Notes: generated from the letters alone by a model not told the origin. 36,070 bases of DNA from a virus (IMGVR_UViG_3300016472_000345:1-36070), one strand, 5' to 3'. Positions 26,585 through 35,229 are shown, counted from the first letter of the stretch. Numbers and translations: made by a program.

Positions 26585-27430
26585 TTACAATTTTTCATTT
26601 ACACTCTTTAACCTATCTAATCTCTTTTGTTCTCTTTCTGTCTTTTTATTTCTTATCCTAATTAATTCATCAGTAATTGGTAAACAATTCCACATTTGCC
26701 TTAAAGAATAATATACTATTGAATATCTAACTGAATTTGCAGTTTGTTTATATATTGAAGTCACGCCGTGCAATATGCCTTGACCGTCAAACATTAAAAC
26801 TGAATTATTTGCTAATTCTATTCCTAAATCTAATTCTGGTAATGCTAAATGCCCTCCTTTTATATCTTTTTTTAAAACTAACATAGCTGAATAAACTTCT
26901 TTAAAATTACCAGTATCAAAATGATATTTTAACTGATTGTCTTTATTAATGATGCCAGAAGTAAATGGTGTTTTTGGTAATGTATATTCTTCATTTACAT
27001 TTTGTTGTGTTACTTCTAAATGTTTTTTATACATAATAGGGTCTGAAATATGATAAATGTTTGCTATTTTTTCTCCATACCTACAAACTAGACTATGTTC
27101 TTTAGGATAATCTCTTGCAAGCGATGTAGTTGAACAAAAATCTTTTCTCGTAACTAATCGGGGGCTGTAGCCAAAAATTCTAGAGGTTGATAATAGACCG
27201 CCTTGCCTTGTGCTAGTAAGGAATTTTATATTATCTAAACCTCTTAACAATGGTTTGTAATCTAATTCTTCTTCATCTAATTTTTTATAAATACATAATA
27301 TTTCACCTGTATTTTTATCTGCAATAATACAAGACTCTTTTATAAAATTTGTATAATCTGTGTCTAAAGCTGTTCTATTTTTAAATTTATTTAAATCTAT
27401 TTTTTTTCTTTCAACTAATATTGTCTGCAT
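26585..27430 (-). CDS. TET/JBP-like 2OG-Fe(II) dioxygenase
   Basis: PFTSGIINK..LKYHFD.GN (HxD), GG.L..PE, FDG...LHGVT (distal H) and RYSIVYY (2OG-binding R). Confidence 0.85.
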   Translation of the reverse strand: MQTILVERKKIDLNKFKNRTALDTDYTNFIKESCIIADKNTGEILCIYKKLDEEELDYKPLLRGLDNIKFLTSTRQGGLLSTSRIFGYSPRLVTRKDFCSTTSLARDYPKEHSLVCRYGEKIANIYHISDPIMYKKHLEVTQQNVNEEYTLPKTPFTSGIINKDNQLKYHFDTGNFKEVYSAMLVLKKDIKGGHLALPELDLGIELANNSVLMFDGQGILHGVTSIYKQTANSVRYSIVYYSLRQMWNCLPITDELIRIRNKKTEREQKRLDRLKSVNEKL

Positions 27431-28019
27431 AATATGTTTCTATCAAAAAATTAAACACATCTGTATTATTTCCTAAATTTTTCTCTGCTTTAATTTTATT
27501 TATTTTATCCATTATTTCTAAATATTCTTGATTTGTGTAATAAAACACAATTTGTTTAATATTTCCATTTAAAAACTTTTCCATACTTTCTTTTGTATTA
27601 TTTTCATCATAATCTCTTTCGTTTTCATCGTCATATCTCCATATGTCAGTATTAATTCCCCACTCTTGCAAAGGTAAATCGTCCCACTCGTTTTGTAAAA
27701 TAATATCGTCATAACTTCCTGACAATCCTGTTGGGCTATTATCTTTAATTGCAAACTCTTGCTTTTGTTTTAAGTTCCAAGTTTCAGGTAATTGTTTAAA
27801 ATATTTTTCATCGTACTCAACCTCACCCTGCTCAACTAGCATTTTATATGCTAAAAACCTTTGATTACCTCCCCATATTACAAAATCTTTATCATAAATA
27901 ATTTGTCTTATTTCCAACATTTCCATAAAGTTTTTTAATGAATTTTTCAATGATGTAAATTGTGTATCGCTAATTTGTCTTGGATTATTTTCTAACAATT
28001 TAAGTTTATTTAGTAGCAT
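27411..28019 (-). CDS. ParB-like N-terminal domain protein with a possible C-terminal ribbon-helix-helix
   Basis: NNPRQI, SL..F..ML..R.I, GGNQR and EF.IKDN motifs; overlaps the dioxygenase start. Confidence 0.85.
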   Translation of the reverse strand: MLLNKLKLLENNPRQISDTQFTSLKNSLKNFMEMLEIRQIIYDKDFVIWGGNQRFLAYKMLVEQGEVEYDEKYFKQLPETWNLKQKQEFAIKDNSPTGLSGSYDDIILQNEWDDLPLQEWGINTDIWRYDDENERDYDENNTKESMEKFLNGNIKQIVFYYTNQEYLEIMDKINKIKAEKNLGNNTDVFNFLIETYYADNIS

Positions 28020-28034
28020 AATTTTATTTTATCA

Positions 28035-28075
28035 TATAGAAAAACCCCCTTGTTTAAGAGAGGGTTTGTTCTATA
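28035..28075 (-). terminator. intrinsic terminator separating the glycosyltransferase block from the ParB-TET block
   Basis: GAACAAACCCTCT-loop-AGGGGGTTTTTC. Confidence 0.65.
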
Positions 28076-28233
28076 ATATCTTTGTCTAATAAATAGATAC
28101 ACTCATTTTATCATAACAGGACAACAACATAATCGGTTGGGGGGGATTTTAATTAATAGTAATTAAAGGACAACTCAATAATAACTGAAGCAACTTAATT
28201 GTAATCTGTTAAAAAGATGTCGTTATTTCTATT

Positions 28234-29718
28234 CTAATCGTTGCTTCCGTTGTTTCCGTTGTTTCCGTGACAATGTTTGTATTTTTTTCCTGAACTACAA
28301 AAGCAAATGTCATTTCTATTTAATTTTATATTAATTTTTCTTTGTTTTTCTAATTCGTTATAAGCCTTATCAAAAATCTGTTCCCACTTATTAACTACAT
28401 TGTCCCAACTAATTGTTTGAACCCAATTATACCCCTGCTGTGCTATTTTATTTGCTTTATCTTTATTTTTATAAACCCAATCTAATTTAACTACAATGTC
28501 TTCTATATCTGTTTTGGGTCTTATAACTCCATTGTCTATAATTCCCATACATATAAAATCATTAAGTCCATAACCTGATTTAACAGGTATTCCTCTTAGT
28601 GTGTTTATATTTTTCTCAATATAATCAATATTAACTTCTTTTTCATAAATATCTTTCATTCCTATTATTTCAGGAATTGAACTATTTGCTGGAGCTATTA
28701 TTATCTTATTAACTGCCATTGCTTCTGTATTGATAAATCCCCAACCCTCCCCTAATGTTGTTGTTAGTAATACATCTGCACTATTGTATATTTTGTTTAT
28801 TGTTTCTATTGGAAAGCCATACATTTCGTTGAAATTAATCGGAAGTAATATATCTGTTTCTTTAAGTCCCACTTGTTTTGCAATTTCCCATAAGTCACCC
28901 CCTACATCATTTCTTTTTGAGTGTAGATATAATTTTGCTTTATCATTTATCTTTTTATACTCTGCATACGCTTTTAGTGTACTCATTAAATCTTTTCTTA
29001 TTTGGTTTCTTGATACATTAACTATAAGAAAATCATCATCTTTAACTTCATTTTGAAAATACCTCTTTCTAAACTCTTTTATTTCTTCATCTTTTAAGGG
29101 GTAGAAGTCTTTTGTATTTACTCCGTGGGGTATTATCTCAACTCTATTTTTTAAGTTTAACTTATCGGTATCAAATCTCAACATTTCATCTTTTCCAAAT
29201 TCTGTATAACTAATAGGATAATCACATAATGCAATTCCTTGTGTTACCCAATAATCTTGTAACCTACCATCTACAGGGTAGTAACCAATCCAATTAAATA
29301 AATAATTTTTATCTACTTTTTCATTTAATAAAATTTCTTTTTGTAATTGTTTAATTCTTAAGCTGAAATTGTACCCTTCGGCTAAATTATCTGTTCCAGC
29401 TAATATAAAATGGTCTTGAATTGTAAATAATAAATCAAAACCTGCTTTAATATCTATGTCTTTACCTGTGAGTATTTGGATTGTTCTTCCCCTGCCATAA
29501 ATATCTGAATAACCTACAGGTTGAGCAGGTGTCATTGTATAAGGATATTTTTCTAAATCTTCTTTGTTGATTGTTCCTCTGTAATTAATTCCTACTACCG
29601 TTATATCGTACTTATCTGTTTCATTTAATTTCTTTAGTATGTTTTTTGCGAGTATTCCAAATCCTGTTGATACCGTTGGGCTATCCATTAATGCTAATAT
29701 TTTAATTTTTTTATTCAT
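28234..29718 (-). CDS. GT-B (GT4-like) glycosyltransferase with a C-terminal SEC-C Zn motif
   Basis: DSP..STGFG, IPHGV, RNQ.RK and EGWG...EAMA motifs; RNDICFCSSGKKYKHCHG at the end. Confidence 0.9.
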   Translation of the reverse strand: MNKKIKILALMDSPTVSTGFGILAKNILKKLNETDKYDITVVGINYRGTINKEDLEKYPYTMTPAQPVGYSDIYGRGRTIQILTGKDIDIKAGFDLLFTIQDHFILAGTDNLAEGYNFSLRIKQLQKEILLNEKVDKNYLFNWIGYYPVDGRLQDYWVTQGIALCDYPISYTEFGKDEMLRFDTDKLNLKNRVEIIPHGVNTKDFYPLKDEEIKEFRKRYFQNEVKDDDFLIVNVSRNQIRKDLMSTLKAYAEYKKINDKAKLYLHSKRNDVGGDLWEIAKQVGLKETDILLPINFNEMYGFPIETINKIYNSADVLLTTTLGEGWGFINTEAMAVNKIIIAPANSSIPEIIGMKDIYEKEVNIDYIEKNINTLRGIPVKSGYGLNDFICMGIIDNGVIRPKTDIEDIVVKLDWVYKNKDKANKIAQQGYNWVQTISWDNVVNKWEQIFDKAYNELEKQRKINIKLNRNDICFCSSGKKYKHCHGNNGNNGSND

Positions 29719-30376
29719 AATCTTCTACTTTTTCAACTTCTTCAACTTCTTCATCTTCATAAAAATAATATGGACTATTACCATAGGTTCTGTCTATTCC
29801 CTCACTTGTTAATTGTTCACTATATATTTTTAATCTCGGTAAATTTTCTTTACTATATGGAACTATAAAATCTGCATTGTGCCACCTGAGTAAGTTATTT
29901 GGTTGACAACAAAAGTTTCCGTCATCTAAAACTATGAAGTGATAGCATTTTGAGTCTTGGTCATTTGAATATCCGACATTTAACTCGTTTAAATCTCCTT
30001 CGTAATCATCAATTGTAAATAAATAAACTCCACTTCTCCAAATCTTATCTCTACACCTTACATCTACTCTTTTGTTTTGCAGAAATGCAAATGTTGTTAC
30101 TGCTATATTATTGGATTGACAATCCCAAGTTTGTAATAGTGATAATCTTTTTTCTTCTTTAAAATTTAAAATATCGTATTCTTCTTTGTGAATAAATGCT
30201 GATATTGGCATATTCCAAAACATTGCACCAATACTTGATAGAAAATGAAAATGTAAAGGTCTATTAATCATTGACTTAACTGCGAAGATGTAGCCCTCTA
30301 AATCTTTTTCATATCCTGTATATTTTTTTCTAATTCTACATAGTATATAAGGTGTGTTTGCGTTTAATTGTGCCAT
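29711..30376 (-). CDS. conserved phage hypothetical protein
   Basis: MA.LNAN.P, GA.F...PISAF, WDC, YLFTID and K..H...LDDGNF..QPNN...W motifs resemble a widespread uncharacterised phage family (from memory). Confidence 0.7.
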   Translation of the reverse strand: MAQLNANTPYILCRIRKKYTGYEKDLEGYIFAVKSMINRPLHFHFLSSIGAMFWNMPISAFIHKEEYDILNFKEEKRLSLLQTWDCQSNNIAVTTFAFLQNKRVDVRCRDKIWRSGVYLFTIDDYEGDLNELNVGYSNDQDSKCYHFIVLDDGNFCCQPNNLLRWHNADFIVPYSKENLPRLKIYSEQLTSEGIDRTYGNSPYYFYEDEEVEEVEKVEDYE

Positions 30377-31194
30377 ATTTTTTTATACTCATTAGGAATA
30401 TTTTTCCAATCTGTAATGTTGTATTTATCATCGTTGTATGGTTTTTGATAACCTAATCCGTCCATACATAGTGCTGGAATATGTCCCCATTTTTCAATAA
30501 ATACTCTTTCTGTTTTACTTGAGTTAATTCCTAAATATGGATTTGATTTAATTGTCATACTTCCAAAATGATAATAAGGTGCGTAACTTATTCTTTTTGC
30601 AATTTTATTTAATTTAACAATTCTTAAGTGATAGTCATTATCTTCATAATATGCAGGTATAAAATTCTCATCAAAAAAGCCAACTTGTTGTAAAGTATGG
30701 ATTGAAATTAAAGGACAGCTAAAATCTGGTCCTTGTTCTCTCCAATTTGTAATTTCTTTTTTATCAAATTCAAAATCTCCTAAAACTTTACATAAATTAA
30801 AAGTAGTTAAATCCATTTCAGGGGCTATATTACTTCCTGTAACCATTACATATTTATTATTGTATATTCTATTTAATTCTTCATACGCAAAAACTAAATT
30901 ATCAATTGTACTTGAGTGAAAAATTACATCATTATTAGGAAAGAAAATGTATTCAATGTCTTTATTTTTAAGGGCATTTATAAATCCAAAATTCCACGCT
31001 TTTGATAAACATACTCTGGGTTCAAATCTATGATACCTTATATTATTTTCTTTCAGCCAATCTATTGTTCCATCATTACTTTCTTGGTCTATTATTAATA
31101 ATTCGTATTCATATTTTGTTTTAATGCTTTTAATTGCATTTTTTAAATATTCTAAATTATTGAGTGTTACTATATTTATTTGTAATTTTTTCAT
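30364..31194 (-). CDS. GT2-family (GT-A) glycosyltransferase
   Basis: IID..S.DGT, AWN.G, NNDV, G.FDE.F..AYYED.DY and HFGS motifs. Confidence 0.9.
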   Translation of the reverse strand: MKKLQINIVTLNNLEYLKNAIKSIKTKYEYELLIIDQESNDGTIDWLKENNIRYHRFEPRVCLSKAWNFGFINALKNKDIEYIFFPNNDVIFHSSTIDNLVFAYEELNRIYNNKYVMVTGSNIAPEMDLTTFNLCKVLGDFEFDKKEITNWREQGPDFSCPLISIHTLQQVGFFDENFIPAYYEDNDYHLRIVKLNKIAKRISYAPYYHFGSMTIKSNPYLGINSSKTERVFIEKWGHIPALCMDGLGYQKPYNDDKYNITDWKNIPNEYKKIWHN

Positions 31195-31721
31195 AAATCT
31201 TTATAAAATTCTTTATTTAAAATCCACCAATCCTCACTAATATCACTATCAATATATAATGGATTATTTCTATCATAATCTCTCATTTTTAAATTAAATT
31301 TTCCATTACAAGTAATTCTGTCATTTAATTCTTTTTCATCATAACTCCACCTATGTAAGTCTGTAATATGTCCTTGATATGCTCCGTAGGTATTTACATT
31401 AAATATAAATGTGTCAATTTTTCCTTCTAACCATCTTTTTGCTAATTCTCTCATATTTGGAATATGAATTGATAATATCCCTCCTACTTTTAAAACTCTG
31501 TACCACTCTCTTATTGTTTCTTCTTGTTCGTGCAATGGTATGTGTTCCCATAAATGGTGAGCTAATAATATATCGCAACTATTATCTTCAAATGGTAATT
31601 TCTTAACATCTGCTATGTGGTCTATCTTATACTTTTCACCATTTTCTTTGTATTGCTCCCTAATATCTACATTAACCCAATTATCAAAAGGTCTTTGCCC
31701 ACTTGCTAGATTTACTCGCAT
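31191..31721 (-). CDS. class I SAM-dependent methyltransferase (Methyltransf_11-like)
   Basis: NLASG...W.NVD, LPFEDNS.D, H..EH and W.RVLK.GG motifs. Confidence 0.85.
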   Translation of the reverse strand: MRVNLASGQRPFDNWVNVDIREQYKENGEKYKIDHIADVKKLPFEDNSCDILLAHHLWEHIPLHEQEETIREWYRVLKVGGILSIHIPNMRELAKRWLEGKIDTFIFNVNTYGAYQGHITDLHRWSYDEKELNDRITCNGKFNLKMRDYDRNNPLYIDSDISEDWWILNKEFYKDL

Positions 31722-32266
31722 TTAAAAACTCCTAACTTGTTTCCATAGACTGCAATTAATTTAAATTTTGGGTCTAAAGTGTCATTAACAGCTCTTAAAA
31801 CATCTGGTAGTGAGTCGTGTCCATAATCATCAAATAATACATAACCATTTTTATTTATGTGTTTTGTCCATAATTCAATATCTTTTTTAACAAAATTGTA
31901 TTCGTGATTTCCGTCAATGTGAATTAAGTCTATTTCTTTATTCCAATTTTTGTACGCTTCTTCGCTTGTTTGTTTTATTAAATTAAACTTCCAATTATAT
32001 TTATTTGTTTGATTTTCTATGTGTGCCTGTGCCTCTAATCCATTATCTTGAATAAACGGATCAATTGCTGTAAAGTCAAAACTCTTTATTTTTGATACTT
32101 CATTTATTACTGCCGTACTTCTTCCAAACTCAACCCCTATTTCAACTATTACTGCATTGTCACTAAGTGATAAAAGTGTAGAAAATAATCCTAATGCTTC
32201 ATCTCTGTTAAATGCACACTCATTACTACTTTCTTCAACTATTCTATAAACTTCTTCAAATTTCAT
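31712..32266 (-). CDS. class I SAM-dependent methyltransferase (Methyltransf_24-like)
   Basis: VEIG...GRS, IDPF, IDLIHIDG.H.Y..V..D and G...FDDY motifs. Confidence 0.88.
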   Translation of the reverse strand: MKFEEVYRIVEESSNECAFNRDEALGLFSTLLSLSDNAVIVEIGVEFGRSTAVINEVSKIKSFDFTAIDPFIQDNGLEAQAHIENQTNKYNWKFNLIKQTSEEAYKNWNKEIDLIHIDGNHEYNFVKKDIELWTKHINKNGYVLFDDYGHDSLPDVLRAVNDTLDPKFKLIAVYGNKLGVFKCE

Positions 32267-32976
32267 AAAATTATACTTTCTGGTGCAATTTGTTTTGCTA
32301 GTTTTAAACTTTCTTCATATCCTACTATTGGGTTTCCCTCGGTGTTTGTTATTCCACAATGTGCGATTGTTTGTTTTTTTAAACAACCTACTTTTAAGCC
32401 ATCATTTCTAATTCTTTGGCAATATTCCCAATCTTCTGATTTTCCTGTTCCTATTGAATTATCCATTAATAGTCCGTACTTGTCCCACACTTCATAATCT
32501 AAAAACCAACTCCAACCTGATATTGCATCGTGGCTTGTTATGTCATTGTTACCTTCATCTATTCTTGCTTGTAAATATGGGTGTATTCCACAACCTAACA
32601 ACTTATATTCATTTTTATATTTTTCAAAGGTCTGGATTAAGTTTTCAGACCATTTTTCTGTAAAGTAAACATCACCATCAAATAAATATAAATATCTTCC
32701 CTTATTGTATTTTTGAGCCAAATTAACCCCTATATTCTTTGAAGCCCCTACTCCTAATTGTTGATTGTTTGTACTTATTATTATTTTCTCATCATTTATA
32801 AAACTTGAATTATTAATGTCGTCTAAAAATTCATAAAAACTTGAATTATCATTAATTATGATTAATTTATTTAATAATTCTTTGGGTGTGTTTTTAAGTA
32901 GGGTAACTATTGTTTGGTCAAATAATTCATATCTTTTATTATCATCTATTTTAACTGCAACTACAAAATCAATCAT
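32263..32976 (-). CDS. GT2-family glycosyltransferase
   Basis: IND.S, G...SKN.G, DGD (DxD), EDWEYC.R and H.G motifs. Confidence 0.85.
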   Translation of the reverse strand: MIDFVVAVKIDDNKRYELFDQTIVTLLKNTPKELLNKLIIINDNSSFYEFLDDINNSSFINDEKIIISTNNQQLGVGASKNIGVNLAQKYNKGRYLYLFDGDVYFTEKWSENLIQTFEKYKNEYKLLGCGIHPYLQARIDEGNNDITSHDAISGWSWFLDYEVWDKYGLLMDNSIGTGKSEDWEYCQRIRNDGLKVGCLKKQTIAHCGITNTEGNPIVGYEESLKLAKQIAPESIIL

Positions 32977-33806
32977 ATTCTAAAAGGTAATTTAATTTTA
33001 ATATTTTCATTTTTTCTGTAATCCCATTTTTCATAACCTTTAATGTGGGCGAAGTCGTGTACTTCACTTTTAGATTGTTTAAAATCTGCGTTCCAATTTT
33101 CATTAACATCAGTTATACCCCCTATATGATTTATTTCTGCATTTATACAAATTACCTGATAACCTAATTCGTATGCTTGAAGTCCTAATTCCGTATCATA
33201 GAAGTGGTGATAACCTAATGTTTCATCTAATCTTATTTTAGTATCAACTTTTATAATTTGGCTAAATCCGTCTAAACAAGCAACTTTTATCCAATCCTGA
33301 CTAAATTGTGCGTGGTGGTGTACTTCGGGTTTTAATAAACATTTTGTACCTGCAACAGGATTAATTCTTGCTAATTGTCCTTTATAGTAATGTGTTTTGT
33401 AAATATCGTAAGTTCCGACCCCAAATGCTCCATAAAATCCTGCAATACCTACTTCTTGTATTTTGTTTGCTTCTTCTATTGATTTAATTATTTTTAAATC
33501 CCAATCTTTTTCAAACATTTCAATATCACTATGAGTGCAAAATAAATAATCAATATTTAAACTTTTTGCCTTTTCTAACATTGTGTTGTATGCAATGGGC
33601 AGTCCGTTATTTTTATCACTATGAATTAAAATGTCTGTTTCTTCTTTTTTTAACCATTTAACAACTGCTGGGTCGCTTCCATTATCATATAGAATATAAG
33701 TTAAGTTTTTTGATTGATTTTCTTTTAAGAGTTTAATTGTTTTTAAAGTTTGATTTTTAACAATTTCTTGAGTAGCTAAAATTGGAATTGCAACTGCTAA
33801 TCTCAT
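32973..33806 (-). CDS. GT2-family glycosyltransferase
   Basis: DNGS, N.G...AYN, HSD, LDG, DE..G.H.YD and HIGG motifs. Confidence 0.85.
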   Translation of the reverse strand: MRLAVAIPILATQEIVKNQTLKTIKLLKENQSKNLTYILYDNGSDPAVVKWLKKEETDILIHSDKNNGLPIAYNTMLEKAKSLNIDYLFCTHSDIEMFEKDWDLKIIKSIEEANKIQEVGIAGFYGAFGVGTYDIYKTHYYKGQLARINPVAGTKCLLKPEVHHHAQFSQDWIKVACLDGFSQIIKVDTKIRLDETLGYHHFYDTELGLQAYELGYQVICINAEINHIGGITDVNENWNADFKQSKSEVHDFAHIKGYEKWDYRKNENIKIKLPFRI

Positions 33807-33827
33807 TTTTAAATTATATCATAATTT

Positions 33828-34088
33828 TTAATATTTTATATTTTTTTTTCCGGCTGTTTTCCAACCTTTTGCGTCATTTTTATAACTATGATTTTCTACT
33901 ATGTTTCCTTTTTTATTCACTGCATAAGGTTTGTTATTTTTGTCGGCATATATTGCTACTACGCTATTATCGCTACTACTAGCAATGTAACCTATATCAG
34001 AACAATTGTTGCATTGTTCTATTACCTTTCCCTCTATAAATATTGTTTTAGTGTGGTTTGCTATTTGGTTGCAATTTTTGCATTTCAT
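33828..34088 (-). CDS. small Zn-ribbon hypothetical protein
   Basis: CKNC...CNNC motifs. Confidence 0.6.
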   Translation of the reverse strand: MKCKNCNQIANHTKTIFIEGKVIEQCNNCSDIGYIASSSDNSVVAIYADKNNKPYAVNKKGNIVENHSYKNDAKGWKTAGKKNIKY

Positions 34089-34590
34089 TTATTTTTTCCA
34101 AAACAAATTCTTCATTAATGATTGTAATTTTATTTTTATTATTTTCAATATATATTAAATCTTTAATTCTATGTTTAATTAAATAATCTAAAAACCATTT
34201 TGGGTCATTATGGGCTGATTTTATTCCAAATGTGTGGTGTGTTGGACATAACCAAGCCCTGTTTTGCAAATCCCACCTTAGTGTTTTATTAATTCTTCCA
34301 ACAATGTGATGGGCTTGTAACTGCGTATAATTAACTTTCATTTCTGGATATGTTACACAAATTTCACAAACGGCTTTTTCTTTTCCTACTTTTCGCCATA
34401 ATTCATCGGCTTTATTTTTAAGTGTGGTTATTTTAACTTTTATTTTTTTTAGTTTAATTTTTTTTTGTGATTTTTTAACACTTTTTTTAATTACAACCGA
34501 GTTACAATCATAAGAACAATACTTATTAAGAGAACTTCTTGGTATAAATTCTTTATTACAAATCTTACATTTTTTTAATTTAACAACCAC
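34048..34590 (-). CDS. NinG/Rap-like HNH-fold recombination endonuclease
   Basis: CKIC..EF.P......CS..C N-terminus, C..C, AHH..GR...LRWD..N...LC..HH. Confidence 0.8.
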   Translation of the reverse strand: MVVKLKKCKICNKEFIPRSSLNKYCSYDCNSVVIKKSVKKSQKKIKLKKIKVKITTLKNKADELWRKVGKEKAVCEICVTYPEMKVNYTQLQAHHIVGRINKTLRWDLQNRAWLCPTHHTFGIKSAHNDPKWFLDYLIKHRIKDLIYIENNKNKITIINEEFVLEKINEMQKLQPNSKPH

Positions 34591-34604
34591 TATTTAATTA
34601 TACA

Positions 34605-34754
34605 TTAGACAATTATTGTTTTTATAAATTCATCTACCCACTCAACCACATCATCTATGTCTTGTTCAGATAGCCAATCCTCAAAACTTTCGTACTCTTT
34701 ACATCTTGGGTCTTTCATATATTTTTCTTCAATTAGATATTCTTTATAGGTCAT
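34605..34754 (-). CDS. small acidic hypothetical protein, 49 aa
   Basis: Translated by hand as MTYKEYLIEEKYMKDPRCKEYESFEDWLSEQDIDDVVEWVDEFIKTIIV; fills the gap. Confidence 0.6.
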   Translation of the reverse strand: MTYKEYLIEEKYMKDPRCKEYESFEDWLSEQDIDDVVEWVDEFIKTIIV

Positions 34755-34875
34755 ATTTTTTTCTTAAATTTATTACAAAGCAGGAAATAATGCAAAGGAG
34801 TAGTAAAAAAACATTATTCCCTGCTTAATAGGGGTGAGCAAGGCGATATAATAAAAGTTAACTCACCCCATTATA

Positions 34876-35229
34876 CTAAAAGTCAATATTCAAATCTAAA
34901 TCTGATAAATCCTCTGCTACTTCATCAGCAATATCTTTGACAAAAACATCAAAGTTTTTGTAAGTTCTTTTAGTTTTTGGATTAAGTTCTTGCCCTAAAT
35001 ATTCAATCTTAACTTGTTTTCCTATTACTACTTTTGACATTTTGTTATCAAGTACCGTACTTCCCCATACTCCGACAATATCGCCCCCATCTATTTCTAT
35101 TTCATATAAAGTAGAGTTATTCGCACCTAAATTTGTTTTCTTGTTTGTAAGTATTCCCTCTATTACAGGATTTATTTCAAAATCTTGTGTAATACTATCT
35201 ATATTTGTTACTTTTTTCCAATCAGACAT
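34876..35229 (-). CDS. putative single-stranded DNA-binding protein
   Basis: OB-like beta pattern (VWGSTVLD..M, VKIEYLG, YKNFDV) and an acidic tail ending in DF. Confidence 0.65.
   Translation of the reverse strand: MSDWKKVTNIDSITQDFEINPVIEGILTNKKTNLGANNSTLYEIEIDGGDIVGVWGSTVLDNKMSKVVIGKQVKIEYLGQELNPKTKRTYKNFDVFVKDIADEVAEDLSDLDLNIDF

Noticed and set aside
27569-27754. 61-aa minus-strand ORF inside ParB-A
   Set aside because: It is an alternative frame fully nested in a supported gene, with a TTG start and no motif.
25666-28019. ParABS plasmid-prophage partition system
   Set aside because: There is no ParA Walker-box ATPase. Both ParB-like genes overlap modification-enzyme genes next to the terminase.
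28080-28233. tRNA or small gene in the GT4-ParB intergenic gap
   Set aside because: There is no cloverleaf or T-arm signature, and only short frames without convincing starts.
31191-32266. DNA methyltransferases supplying 5mC to the TET enzyme
   Set aside because: Neither has PC/ENV or DPPY/NPPY motifs. Both are short and resemble glycan or small-molecule methyltransferases.
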